Shown here piece by piece: positions 1-15,003 of a stretch of 64,000 nucleotides of DNA. Under the pieces are notes generated by a model, which had not been told where the DNA came from, searched no databases, and saw nothing but the letters and a program-made list of their open reading frames with translations. This DNA comes from the human T2T-CHM13v2.0 reference genome, Homo sapiens. The first letter of the stretch is position 1, and the number at the start of each line of letters is the position of its first letter. The translations under genes were made by a program, and so were the position numbers. The stretch lies in assembly GCF_009914755.1 (NCBI RefSeq), contig NC_060932.1; one strand, given 5' to 3'.

Positions 1-727
1 TCTTTGGTTTACTGGTGACACAAATGGAATTTTATGAAGCCTCGGGTACAGTTTCAGTAATTGGTGCTGTCTTGCTATCTGCTCTCTGAAGCCTTTCTAT
101 TCTGCTCTGATACCCACTTTTCTGCTGTTTTGAAGATCAGCTTACTTCTCCTTTCATGTCATGCCTGGCATGGACTTAAGCTAATCCATCCTTTTAAAGT
201 TGGCTATCTGACATCTTTCATAGCCATTAAAATATTACTTAATTTTTTTTATAAAAACTTCTTCAAGCTAACTAAGCTATCTTAGTGAACATCATTCGGT
301 GAAATTGTAAAGGTCTGCACTAAGTCACGAAAGTTTCCTTGCTTACTAAATAATTCTACACGAGAAGAGTGAATATATTTAGGAATATAATATGTTCATT
401 TCTCAGCCTTGGTAGGGTGCATGATAAGGTCTTCGGAGCGATGATAATGGATTATGGAAACACTGCCTTCTAAATTTTAGGATTAAATCTTTTAAAAATT
501 GGAAACCTTTGTGCTGGTTTCTCAGTGTCAATGAGAAGTTCAGGAGTATAGTGGGCATGGTGACTCACTTATGAAGAAGGCTTCTATTTGCTAACAGTGA
601 GATGTTTTATAGACAATGTTTAGCAATAATGTGTTTTTTCATATAAATATACTCATTTGTATATTGATTGCATTTCTGCTATAAGCTTAATAAGCTTTTT
701 AATATTATGTTTTATATCTTTTAATAG

Positions 728-892
728 ATGGTTTGTGAAGAAGGTGACAAGCTAACCTACTCAAAATATGGGCGATTTTGTCATGAGGTCAAAATTAACT
801 ATTCTCCATATGTGAATTATTTCACTAGAGTATACTGGAACAGATCCTACTTTGTATATAAAATCAACACTGTGATATCCTTCCAGTCTTGA
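728..892 (+). CDS. DPY19L4: DPY19L4 terminal coding exon (C-mannosyltransferase-like protein C-terminus [54 protein letters not shown])
   Basis: T-rich tract and AG acceptor at 726-727, then 54 open codons and TGA at 890-892. The peptide matches the DPY19L4 C-terminus as I recall it, and DPY19L4 is the known upstream neighbour of INTS8. Confidence 0.93.
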
Positions 893-2186
893 AAAATAAC
901 AGAGCCTTCATTTCAAAGACTACCTGAAGTAAAATGCAGTTTTCTTCTACCTACTCGGTGTCTTTTGCAGATCAGAGTATGGACATTTGAAATATTGCTG
1001 CTTCTTTCCCCCTTCTGCTGTTAACTGGATCCAGAGTTCTGTGGGAAATAGAAGATCAAGCATTACTGTCCTTTGATTAAATGTGATATCTACCACTCTG
1101 CAATATTCCAGACAGGTGTCTTCCTTACCGTTACATGGTCTTTAACACTTTTACTGATTGCAATATTTTCCCCATAAAATCTTCATTCTATTATAATATT
1201 GATCTTGAATTTGAATATGTGCAAGGTCAGATACATTTCTCAAACATAACATTTAATAAATAATGTGATATAATTATTTAATAGAAAGAATAATTCCGAC
1301 CTTCAAGCAAGTTTCTGAAGGTATTTTATGATGTATAACAACTGAAGTTTTACAATAAAAACTAATTTAAATGTTAGCTGAAGATATGTGGCATTTAAAT
1401 TAAAATGGAAATTATATAAAGGAAAGTGATTTTTAAGGATATACATAAAGATATATTTAGAATTTTCATGATACTGTTCTCCTCATCTACTGCTTATGTT
1501 AAGTGAGAACTTTCTTAGTAATACATAATGCATGATGTTACTGCATTTTCTAAATGACTAGTAAGTGATTAGTTTTTTCACTTATGCCTATTAATTTGAT
1601 ACCAATTTAATCATGATAAAACAATAACCGTTAACATATATTTTGTTAAATGGACATTTAAAAGAATGTTGTTCAGGTTTTTTTTTTAAATACTGATATG
1701 GGGCATACAATCTATTCACATGTTTTCTACTGAAGTACTAAGTAAAAAAATTAAATCATTATCAGAATAAAAATATGTGTTCTAAAATTAGCAACAATTT
1801 CTGGGGATACATGCAGATGTTGTTAAACGTACCTCTGCATACAGATATATTATAAAACACAAGCAATGTTATTTATGAAACTGTGATGCAGTCTTCAACA
1901 TCAAGAAAAAATGACAACTATAATAAAATTTACAACACAGTTTCACAGTCTAAATGCTATGTTCCTTTAAGTATTTTCATATTTTTAATCATTTATTAAG
2001 AGAAAATTGTGAAAAGTTAATTTGGCCTTATAGAGAGATTCAGGATAGATGTAGCCTATAGATGTGTCATTTTAATAAGTTGGGATACATGTTTAGTTTT
2101 TCCTTATATTCCTGTTCAGTGAACAGATTTTCATAATTCTCACTTGTTAAAGTGCTGCAAAAATTGCATTTTCAGTACTCTAAATT

Positions 2187-2316
2187 ACTACATTAGAAGA
2201 GAGCATTTCTCCATTGTCTTTATTTTCTGTTATATATGTGTTGTAAAAGTACACTACATTAGAAGGGAGCTTTTCCGTTGTCTTTATTTTCTGTTATACA
2301 TGTGTTGTTAAAGTAC
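2187..2316. repeat. Tandem duplication, 2 copies of ~65 bp
   Basis: ACTACATTAGAAG...TGTGTTGT(A/T)AAAGTAC at 2187-2252 and 2253-2316, with a few differences. Confidence 0.9.
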
Positions 2317-3079
2317 ATGCATTCTTAGACTAACTCTCAGATGCTTTGCTCTTTTGGAGCTGAAGAATTGTTTGATGGTGATGTCATGTATCTGATAGAT
2401 TAGTTTCAGTGGTTCTCATTTCACTTTTATACGTAATTTCTTAACTATATTAAGATAGTTGCAGGCAGTGTACCTCAGGTTGACTCTGTACATCTGAATA
2501 GTGAGTCACTAGTATTTTGCTTCAAGCCTTCTGAAAATATAACCATAGTTACCTAAGCACACAGTGAATAGTCACATGGTAGTACTTGTGATTAGAGCAT
2601 GTAAAACAATGTAATTGAAAAGTCAGCTTCCATATTTTGTAGGGGAAATAGAACACCCTACTTTTTATCTAGTGTGAAATATTTAATCGAATTTTTGTTG
2701 ATTTATATTATGTTACCTGTGCTGAATTAGGTTTGGTACTTGTGTTTTGTTTGACATATTAGTAAGTTGCTTTTGCTTCTTTCTGTCAACTTATTTTTTA
2801 AATAAAATTGATCTGGAAAAATTGTTAATGGGATGTTTTAAATAATGAATTTTTCATCCAGCATCAGTTGAAAAGGAAAAGAAAGCTTCATTATGGAAAT
2901 GACAATATTGAATATGACAGATAAGTTTATTTGCTTCTGTTTTAACTGCAGTTAATAGTACTAGACAACTTTAAGTGGAAAGCATTTAGTTTATTTCTTC
3001 ACTTATTTGTAGAGTGAACAAATGATTCACAATTCTACAAGTAATTCCACTTAGGTAACTTACAGTTGTTAGGTTTGAC

Positions 3080-3149
3080 AATAAAGATCTACTATGAGAG
3101 GAGAAGAATTTATGGGTTTTGGGTGGAAGGAATTTCTCAAAGAAATAAA
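3080..3149 (+). terminator. Candidate proximal poly(A) signals
   Basis: AATAAA at 3080-3085 and 3144-3149, just upstream of the Alu pair. Confidence 0.45.
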
Positions 3150-3199
3150 AAATGTTCTTTGCCCTTGATACTGCAAACCCACTGATACAAGTGCCTTGA

Positions 3200-3529
3200 A
3201 TTTATTATTATTATTATTTTTTATTTTTTTGAGATGGAGTTTCACTCTTGTCTCCCAGGCTGGAGTGCAATGGCGCGATCTTGGCTCACTGCAACCTCCG
3301 CTCGCTGCAACCTCCGCCTCCCAGGTTCAAGTGATTCTCCTGCCTCAGCCTCCGGAGTAGCTGGGATTACAGGCACCTGCCACCAAGCACGGCTAATTTT
3401 TGTATTTTTAGTAGAAACGGGGTTTCGCCATGTTGGCCAGGCTGGTCTCGAACTCCTGACCTCAGATGATCCACTCACCCCAGCCTCCCAAAGTGCTGGG
3501 ATTACAGACGTGAGCCACTGCGCCCGGCG
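3200..3529 (-). mobile_element. Alu (AluS-like), antisense
   Basis: T-rich tail followed by a reverse Alu body. Internal 16-bp duplication at 3285-3316. Confidence 0.95.
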
Positions 3530-3556
3530 CAAGTCTTTGTTAAAAGTAGAGATGGA

Positions 3557-3850
3557 GGCCAGGCGCAGTGGCTCACTCCTGTAATCCCAGCACTTTGGGA
3601 GGCTGAGGCAGGCAGATCACGAGGTCAGGAGATCGAGACCATCTTGGCTAACACGGTGAAACCCCGTCTCTACTGAAAATACAAAAAATTAGCCGGGCAG
3701 GGTGGCGGGCGCCTGTAGTCCCAGCTACTCCGAGGCTGAAGCAGGAGAATGGCGTCAAGCGGCGAGGCGGAGCTTGCGGTGAGCCGAGATCATGCCGCTG
3801 CACTCCAGCCTGGGCAACAGAGCAAGACTCCATCTCAAAAAGAAAAAAAA
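3557..3850 (+). mobile_element. Alu (AluY-like), sense
   Basis: Full Alu body with A tail. TSD AAAAGTAGAGATGG on both sides. Confidence 0.95.
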
Positions 3851-4707
3851 AGTAGAGATGGGATCTCTAGCCTCCTAAGTTAATTTAGCCTCCCAAATGC
3901 CAGACAAAGAATCTAACATAAAATTTACCTTGAATAAGATATATGATATTGATTCTGAGCTGCTTTGTATTTTTTCTGACTTTGGCATCTGTATCTTGGT
4001 GCTTTCTGTTAGACTGGTAGAGTTTAAGAACCTAAGGAGTATGCATTGTACTTCAGTGCTAACTTTTTTCTTCATTTACTTTCTGTGTATATAGGCAGCA
4101 TATTTTTTTTGTAGAACATTAACCCAGATTGCTAATAGCTTCATGTTACGGCATTCTTCCACACAGTCCAGATTGATTTAAGGAAAAGCAGAAATGGAAG
4201 TCAAAGTGTGTTATAAATTGAGACTGAAAAACATGCTTTAAAAAATAGATTTAATTTCTTACACTGTGAATAGCCATTGTATTGTTTTGTTTCTGATAAA
4301 TCAGTTGTTTTGGGCCCCTATTTTTGAACTGTTAAAAAATTTTGATGCTTTTCGTGGATAAAAGTAGTGCCTCTCTTTATACAACTGATGGGGTTTTAAA
4401 AAGTGTAAATTGCCTTTTTTGTTAAACTTATTTTAAATGCTTTAGTATTTAAAGGGTGTATGTTATTAATTAATCTGCATATTTGTAACGCAAATAACTA
4501 CTTCCTGATTTACATCTCAATATATTCTTCTTTCATTTGCCCAATTTAAAAAATACGTAGTCTCTATTGTTGCTGTTTACTAATAGTTTTAGATCCCAAT
4601 GTGTATTAGAATTATAGCTACAAAAAGTTGCAAGTAAAATTTAGCAATTTCCTATTCAAACAGGATCTCATTAGTATGTTTTTTAATGTGTAGAATTAAC
4701 ACTTTAA

Positions 4708-4800
4708 AATAAACAGGTGTGAAAATTATAAAGGAATATATATGACAATTATTTTCTGTACATTAATGTCTAAACATTATACTTACTTTTTCATAATAAA
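4708..4800 (+). terminator. Candidate distal poly(A) signals of DPY19L4
   Basis: AATAAA at 4708-4713 and 4795-4800. Confidence 0.55.
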
Positions 4801-5438
4801 GGAAATTTTGGAACCAAATTTGCTGAGTTTAGCATAAAGGCGTCTTTGAATTATTTCTGAGTTTCCTAAAATGTGCAACATTTTAATCTTGGCATATCTA
4901 ATCCTATGTGCTGTTCTGTAAGAGGTACACTGGACTTCTAACCACTATATGTATTTAGTAGAATAATGGTATCACAAAGGAACAAGAATTCCAAACTTAT
5001 AGTTTGAAATGTCTCATAAACAACCCTTTCGTATTTTAAGTTAGTAGCTTTGTATAGCTATTTAACACAGATGAGTATAGTTAGCTTTATATATATTATC
5101 CTCTGAGTCTTATCTATGACAATGTGTATTTAGATTAAATATGTTCCTCCTGTAACTAAAGTTGCATCTTTGCAAAGGATCAAAGTTCATTTCAGCAGAC
5201 ACAAATTATTTGAAAGATTTGGGCTATAAACTAACACTTCAAATTTTGTAATAATCAATATACTTTTATCAAGAAGGAAATTATTTCATGCTTAATTACC
5301 CTCCTTATTTTGTTTCCATAATAAAACTATTTTCAGAATTTTAAGTTATTTTATTTATACATGAGCTTTTTTGGTGACAGCTTCGCTGAGATATAATTCA
5401 TATACCGTACAATTCACCCGTTTAAAATGTATAATTCA

Positions 5439-5789
<351 letters not shown>

Positions 5790-6496
5790 TTATCACCACA
5801 ATCAATTTTAACACATTTTTATTACTCCCAAAAGAAACCTCATACCCTTCTGGCTGTCAACCCAATCATTCTGTCCTCCCTAGCCCTAGGCAACCACTAC
5901 TAATCTATTTTCTATCTCTATGTTTCCCTATTCTGGACATTTCATATAAATTGAATCATACAACATGCTTCTTTCACTTGGAATCTTTTTAAGGTTCATC
6001 CATGTTGTTCCATGTATCATTCATTCATTTTTAGTGCCAGGTAATATTCCACTGTATGTATTTACCACATTTTATCCATTCATTAGTTGATAGACATTTG
6101 TGTTGTTTCTACTTTTTAGTTATTATGAATAATGCTGATAGGATTATCTGTATACAGGTTTTTGTGTGGGCATATGTTCGTTTCTCTTAGGTATATATCT
6201 AGGAGTTAAATTGCCGGGTCATATGGTAACTGGTTAACTTCAACAACCAGACTGGTTTCCAAAGTGGCTGCACCATTTTACGATCCCCCCAACAAGGGAT
6301 GAGGATTCTAATTTCTCCACATCCTTGCCAATACTTATTATTTTCTTGATTATACCCACCCCAGTGAATGCAGCTATTTATCACTATAGTTTTAATTCAC
6401 ATTTCCATCATAGCTAATTATGTTGAGCACCTTTTCATGTGCTTATTGGCTGTCTGTATATCTTATTTGGAGCAATGTCTATTCAAATTCTTTGCC

Positions 6497-7428
6497 TTTT
6501 TTTTTTTTTTTTTTTCTTGAGACAGTTTTGCTCTTGTTGCCCAGGCTGCAGTGCAATGGCACAATCTTGGCTCACCGCAATCTCCACCTCCCAGGTTCAA
6601 GCGATTCTCCTGCCTCAGCCTCCTGAGTAGCTGGGATTACAGGTGCACACCACCACACCCAGCTATCCACCTGCCTCGGCCTCCCAAAGTCCTGGAATTA
6701 GAGGCGTGAGCCACTGCGCCCAGCCCTCTTTGCCCATTTTTAAGTTGGGTTGTGTTTTTATTATTGAGATGTTAAGTATTCTTTATGTATTCTAGATATA
6801 AGGTCAAATATATGATGTGGAAATATTTCCTTCCATTCAGTTGATTCTCTTAACTTTTTTGAGTGTCCTTGAAGCACAAATGCTTTTAGTTTTGTTTGCA
6901 TTATTTCATTCATTCTTTTTTTTTTTTTTTTGAGACAGGGTCTTGCTCCGTCACCCAGGCTGGAGTGCAGTGGCACAGTCACAGCTCACTGCAGCCTCGA
7001 ACTCTCAGGCTCTTCACTCACATTTAATATTTTTGATGTAGTTGGCTTTACACTTGCTATTTTACTATTTTTCTAAATGTTTCATTTGATTTTTTTTTAA
7101 GTGGTTACTCTAAGGATTTATCATATACATTTTTTTTTTTTTTTTTGAGACAGGATATTGCTCTGTTGCCCGGGCTGGAGTGCAATGGTGTGATCATGGC
7201 TTACTTGCAGCTCTGACCTCCCAGGCTTAATCCATCCTCCTCCCTCAGCCTCCCGAGTAGCTGGGATTACAGGAAGGCACCACCGCACCCACCTCATTTT
7301 TGTATTTTTTGTAGAGACGGGGTTTCTCCATGCTGCCCAGTCTGGTCTCAAACTCTTGGGCTCCAGTGATCTCCCTGCCTTGGCCTCCCAAAGTGCTGGG
7401 ATTACAAGTGTGAGCTACTGCACCCAGC
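6497..7428 (-). mobile_element. Three antisense Alus (6497-6725 internally deleted; 6915-7012 fragment; 7130-7428)
   Basis: Poly-T tails followed by reverse Alu sequence. Confidence 0.9.
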
Positions 7429-9707
7429 TATCATACTAAGCAGATTTATACTAACTTAATTCCAGTGAGATACAGAAGCGTTAGTCCTAAAAAGCTCTAT
7501 TCCCTCTTCCCTCTTTGATACTATTATTTTTATACATATTACATCTATATATGTTATAAACACTATAATAAATATACTTATTACTTTAGATAATTTTGTC
7601 TTTTAAAGAAACTGAGAGAACAAAAGAAAAGTATATGTAGTATTTGCTATATTAACCTTATTTGCCATTTTTGGTTCTTTTTATTTGTTGCCATGGATTC
7701 AAGATACAATCTGGTGTCATTGTCTTACTCCAGTACAGCTTTGCTTTCAACTTACCTCCTTTGTGCTGTTATGTCAAATATATATGTATCTATAATGTAA
7801 GTTCAACAATATAATTATATACGGATTATTTTATACAATTATTTTAAAAATCAGTTTAGAGAAGAAATATGTATTTATCTTTTATAATTAAATAGTTACT
7901 TTTACCAATACTCTTTGTTTTTTTCAGCGAATTCTAATTATTGTCTGGGATCACTTGCTTTCAGCCTCAAGAACTTCCTTTAGTAATTTTTAAAAGATGA
8001 ATCTGTTAGCAATGAACTTCCTCCGTGTTTGTTTATCTGGGAATGTCTTTATTTTGCTTTTTTAAAAAGATCAGTTTTAGGCTTACAGAAAAATTGGACA
8101 AAACATACAGAGAATTTCCATACACTCGGGCTCCCCTCCGCCCATACACACACAGTTTCCTCTAACTCAACACCTTGTATTTGAATGGCACATTGCTTAC
8201 AATTGAGGCAAATTGACAAATTATTATTAACTAAAGACTATAGTTTACATAGGGTTCACTCTTTGTGGTGTACTGTTCTGTGGGTTTTGACAAATGTTTC
8301 TATGGGTCTCACATGTCCACTATCACAGCATCTGGAGTAAGCAGTTTTACTGCCCTAAAATTCCTGTGTGCTCTCCGTATTCATCTCTCCCTCCCTTCCC
8401 GAGTCCCTGGCAACCACTGACTTTTTACTGTCTCTGTAGTTTTGCCTTTTCAGAATGTCAGCTGTTTGGAATCATGCAGTATGCAGCCTTTTCAGATTGG
8501 CTTCTTTGACTAGCAACATGCGTTTCAGGCTCCCCCACGTCTTTTTATGGCTTCATAGCTCATTTCTTGTTATTGCTGAAAAACATTCCATTGTATGAGT
8601 ATGTGGGCGTTTATTTATTCAGGGACATCATGGTTGCTTCCAAGTTTAGCCATTGTGAATAAAGCTGCCATAAATATGTGCAGGGTTTTTGTGGACATAA
8701 GTTTTCCACCCATTTGGGTAACTAACAAGAAGTGCAATTGCTTGATGGTGTGGTACTACTAACCTTTGGATTAATAAGAAACTGCCGAGCTCTCTTCCAA
8801 AATGGCTGTACCGTCTTGCATTCCCACCAGCAATGACTGAAAGTTCTGTTGCTTCATATCCCTGTCAGCATTTAGTGGTGTCAGTTTTGGATTTTAGTCA
8901 TTCTAATGTGTGTAGTAACCTGGAAGTTCTGCTGGGCTGTGCCTCTGCCTCTCATTGTTACTTTAAGTGACAATTGCCTAATGACATATGATGTTGAGCA
9001 TATTTTCGTATGCTTATTTGCTATCTGTATATCTTCCTTGGTGAGGTAGCTATTCATCTTTTGCCTATTCTGTCTTTTTCTTATTGTTGAATTTTTAAAG
9101 TTCTTTGTATATTTTGGATGCAAGTCCTTTATCAGATATGTGTTTCCTAAATATTCTTTCCCAATTCGTTGCTTGTTTTTTTTGTTTGTTTTGTTTTGTT
9201 TTTTGGTTTAAAGAGCCCGGGTCTCCCTTTCTTTGGGTCTCACTCAAAGGCACTGATATTCGCACACTTGTTTCTGATTTTATGGGGGCAGATGCAAATG
9301 AAGTTTGCAACAGGAAGTTTGGGGCACAGCTACAAATAAATACAAACGGAGCGAGGCATCCCTGTCCCACCCGACCTGGAAGTTCTGCTGGGCTCTGCCT
9401 CTGCCTGAGGGGTTGAGAACTCTCATCTCTTGGGTGGCCCATCATTGCAACCCTCTCCCAGCCTCTCATGGTTAAGTGGTCTTCTCCAAGACCAACTCTA
9501 TTATATCTAGAACTGCAAGGGTGATGGGGTTTGGGGGAAGCAAGTATATGATTCCCTTAAATTAGTGTTCTTAAAGTTTTATGAACCTCAGCCATGACCT
9601 TTACCATGAGTAAGGAAAATGCATTACTTCCTCTCCCCTACATTTGTTGTTAATTGATGCCTTGTCCATCTCTCTCCTGACCAGCCTGTGAGCTGAGTTG
9701 GCCTTCA

Positions 9708-10085
<378 letters not shown>

Positions 10086-10885
10086 AGAAGAAGTGTCTTC
10101 CTACAAAACACAGCTCTCGAACAAAAACATTTCACCCGAGGCTCTCATTCTGTCTGGTAAAATGGCAAAACCTAAGTCTCCCCTCAAGGTAATGCTTCTC
10201 AAAGACGATGCAGGGAGGAGACTAAGGCACCAAGGTGGAGGGAGGGAGCCCAAGGCATGGGTCCTGGGAGCTCCTTTGGCAGCTTCTTTGGTGCTTAGAG
10301 TGGGTGCAGAGCGTAGGCTATGGCAACACTGGGCTGCGGGGCATCCAGCGGCTGCCTGCTGGCCATCTGAAGTGGGTCTGGGGTAGGTTTGGGCACTTAA
10401 GTTCTTCTGGAGCAAAGGTGCCAAGAAGTGGTAAATGTCCTGTCTTCCTAACACTTGGCCCTGCCTGTGGGTTTCACAGTTGGAAAGCATGGAACATGAA
10501 GAAAGATGTTTTGGGAGCTGAGAACTGATTCTTAAAAGGACTATTGCCGCTAGAGTGAAACAAAAAGTTCTGCTCTCCCATGAAGAATGACTCTGAAGAC
10601 TGGAATAGAGAAATGTATGAATGCCAAGGCTGCACCCATGGTCAGGCACATGCATCAAAGACTGGAAGATCTTTTTCAGGACAACAGCAAAGTTTGAAAG
10701 GAAAGGGTGTTTTTCCTGTTCCTTATTGATTGCGCACCTGCTGTGTCCCTAGATGCCGGGACACTGGGGAGTGAAAGGCTGCAAGTGACTGGGCTTTCAG
10801 AGCTCACGATCTAAGGGAAGGTGACAGGGAAGAGGAATAGAAAACGAATGATACAAATAAAAATGTGAGTAAAAACCATCATTAA

Positions 10886-11015
10886 CCCATTTAGGCTGGA
10901 GGTTGCAATTTTTTGAATTTTTGCAATCAGACCTTGGCAATGACCTTGAGCAGTAGGATATAAATAACTCTCACAAGCTTAGCATTTCAATAATGGAACA
11001 CTAGGCAGAAATGGG
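10886..11015 (-). mobile_element. MER85 piggyBac-family MITE (PGBD3-derived)
   Basis: TTAA TSDs at 10882-10885 and 11016-11019, and TIRs CCCATTT...AAATGGG. The 130-bp body matches MER85 as I recall it. Confidence 0.88.
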
Positions 11016-11070
11016 TTAATGTAATGGAGTAAATGCAGGATTCTATGTAAGTGTAACAAGGGGACATGAC

Positions 11071-12537
<1,467 letters not shown>

Positions 12538-12679
12538 TCAGTGCACTAAGCTGTCCCCTTAATGTTGGAATTAGACTACAGGGTCATGTGCTTATCAGGG
12601 GTAACCTGTATCACAGTTTTCAGATAAGGACTTGGAGGCTGAATTTTAATAGTTCTGTGAAGGGCAACAGGTAAATTAG

Positions 12680-13083
<404 letters not shown>

Positions 13084-13149
13084 TCTAAGAGCCATGTTTT
13101 CTCCTGCATATATTTCTACCTGACCAGAGCTACATGATGTATATGAACA

Positions 13150-13520
13150 GATTTATTAGTCAGGACCTTTGGCTGCAAGTGACAAAAAGTCAGTTCAAAT
13201 TAGCTTGAGCAGAAAAGGAATTTATTCGCTTTTGTACTAGGGAATTTTCAATCGTTGATGAGTACAGGAAGGGATAAATCCAGAGGTTCACCCAGTGTTA
13301 CCATGACTCCTTCTGCCTGCCTCCACCTCTCAGTTCGTTACCTTCACCTGGCTTCATGGTCAGCAGGCATTCTGCACACCACAGCAGTGTCTGCTAGCAG
13401 CTTCAAATTCCAGAAAAGGAGGGAACATCTTTCATGATGGCCCCCGCAAAAGTACAGTGCTTTGGTAGGCCCAGGTTATTTGCCTTCCCCTACACCACTT
13501 GTCTGAGAAAAGGAGACTGA
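13150..13520 (-). mobile_element. Old MaLR LTR fragment (MLT1-type)
   Basis: TTAGTCAGGACCTTTGGCTGCAAGTGACA...AGAAAAGGAATTTATT is characteristic of MLT1 ends. Confidence 0.55.
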
Positions 13521-13629
13521 GTCTATCAATGGGAAGTCACTGGGCAGTTCTTTCCAGGCTTCTGGATTTTGCAGATCCTTATATTTCTAAAATATATGTA
13601 CTTGGGGGATTGACATTAAGTTGCCAACT

Positions 13630-13901
13630 TTTTGTTTATTTTTTTAAGAGGTAAGATCTTGTTCTATTGCCCAAGCTGCAGTGGTGCAATCAGCCTCGAA
13701 CTCCTGGGCTTAAATAATCCTCCTGTCTCAACCTCCAGAGTAGCTGAGACTGCAGGCATGCACCACTTTTTTAGAGATGGCGGGGGGAGGGGGTGTCTCA
13801 CTATGTTGCCCAGGTTGGTCTCGAACTCCTAGCCTCAAGTGATCTCCCATCTCAGCCTCCCAGATAGCTGGGATTACAGGCTTCAGCCACTGTTCCCAGC
13901 C
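13630..13901 (-). mobile_element. Alu (AluJ-like, degenerate)
   Basis: Reverse Alu motifs. Confidence 0.85.
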
Positions 13902-14009
13902 TAACTTTTTCTTTTGGTACATGAGGACACTAGAAAGGTAACCATCATTTATTAAAAACACCATTTTCTAAGAAAAAGACACTTTAACTCCAAAAACAGA
14001 AAAATATAT

Positions 14010-14570
14010 AAGTTCAGAATAAACAAATTGTATTTCATCTATATAGTGAAATACCACTCAACAATAAAAAAGAATAAACTATTATAAACATAACTACATG
14101 AATGAATCTCAAAATAATTGTGCTAAGTGAAAGAAGTCAAAATGTACATACAGTATAATTTTACTTATATAACTAGAAAATGTAAACTCACCTATTGTGA
14201 TATACAGCAGGTCAATGGTTGCCTGCAGATGGGGTGTAGAGGTTGGGGAGGGACAGGATGGAGGAATTGTAAAAGATGCAAGGAAACCTTTAGAGATGAT
14301 GGACACATTCACTATCTCGATTGTGGTGAAGGTTTCACAAGTGTATATGAATGTGAAATCTTACCCAATATAACTGTATATACTCTATAACATATACTAT
14401 ATAATACTATACTATATACCATATAACTATATACTATATAATACTATAAACTATAATACTATAATATACTATATACTATACCATTATATATATACTATAT
14501 AATACATACACTTACATAAGTACATGCAGTTTATTGTATATCAGTTACACTTCAATAAATATGTAAAAAT
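14010..14570 (+). mobile_element. L1M 3' end, sense, with an embedded (ACTAT/TA)n low-complexity tract at ~14370-14510
   Basis: ATGAATGAATCTCAAAATAATTGTGCTAAGTGAAAGAAG ... CAGTTTATTGTATATCAGTTACACTTCAATAAA. Confidence 0.75.
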
Positions 14571-14840
14571 TAGGAAAATTATTATATATGTTGCTATAAT
14601 GTCATAAATGGTTCCTTGGGGTATTGAAATATGTTCTATGTTGATCTGTGAATTAAACTTTTTAGGAGAAAAGGACTTAGGCACTTATGAAGAGAGAGAT
14701 TATCTTTTAAAAGAAATACTTGCATTTGTTTCATATATAATATATACAGAGCAATGTGAACATACCTTATATAAAGTATGTATATATATATTACGTGTAT
14801 ATATATATAAAGTACATTCACATGGCTGTGCAAGAAATAA

Positions 14841-15003
14841 TTTTTTTTTGAGATGGGGTCTTGATCTGTCACCCAGGCCCAGGCTTGAATGCAGTGGCAA
14901 GATGATAGCTCATTGCAACCCCTAACTCCTAGACTCCAGCAATCCTCCCGCCTCAGCCTCCTGAGTAACTAGGATTACAGGCACACACCACCACACCCAA
15001 CTA
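14841..15003 (-). mobile_element. Alu right-arm fragment
   Basis: Poly-T followed by a reverse right monomer. Confidence 0.85.

Larger units (their letters stand above)
893..4820 (+). other. DPY19L4: DPY19L4 3' UTR (long isoform; 3' end inferred)
   Basis: AT-rich, mostly repeat-free sequence after the stop. AATAAA at 1255, 1354, 3080, 3144, 4708 and 4795. Repeat-dense DNA starts soon after ~5340. Confidence 0.7.

Noticed and set aside
9095-9469. ORFs spanning the T-rich tail at ~9180-9210, suggesting a processed pseudogene
   Set aside because: The tail is followed by an Alu-like stub, and no recognisable protein is encoded.
10093-10658. Overlapping 97-185 aa ORFs in non-Alu intergenic sequence
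   Set aside because: No recognisable domain, no splice or promoter context, and mostly near-cognate starts. Consistent with chance.
14370-14510. Quasi-periodic ACTAT/TATA tract
   Set aside because: An ordinary degenerate simple repeat expanded in an L1 3' end.
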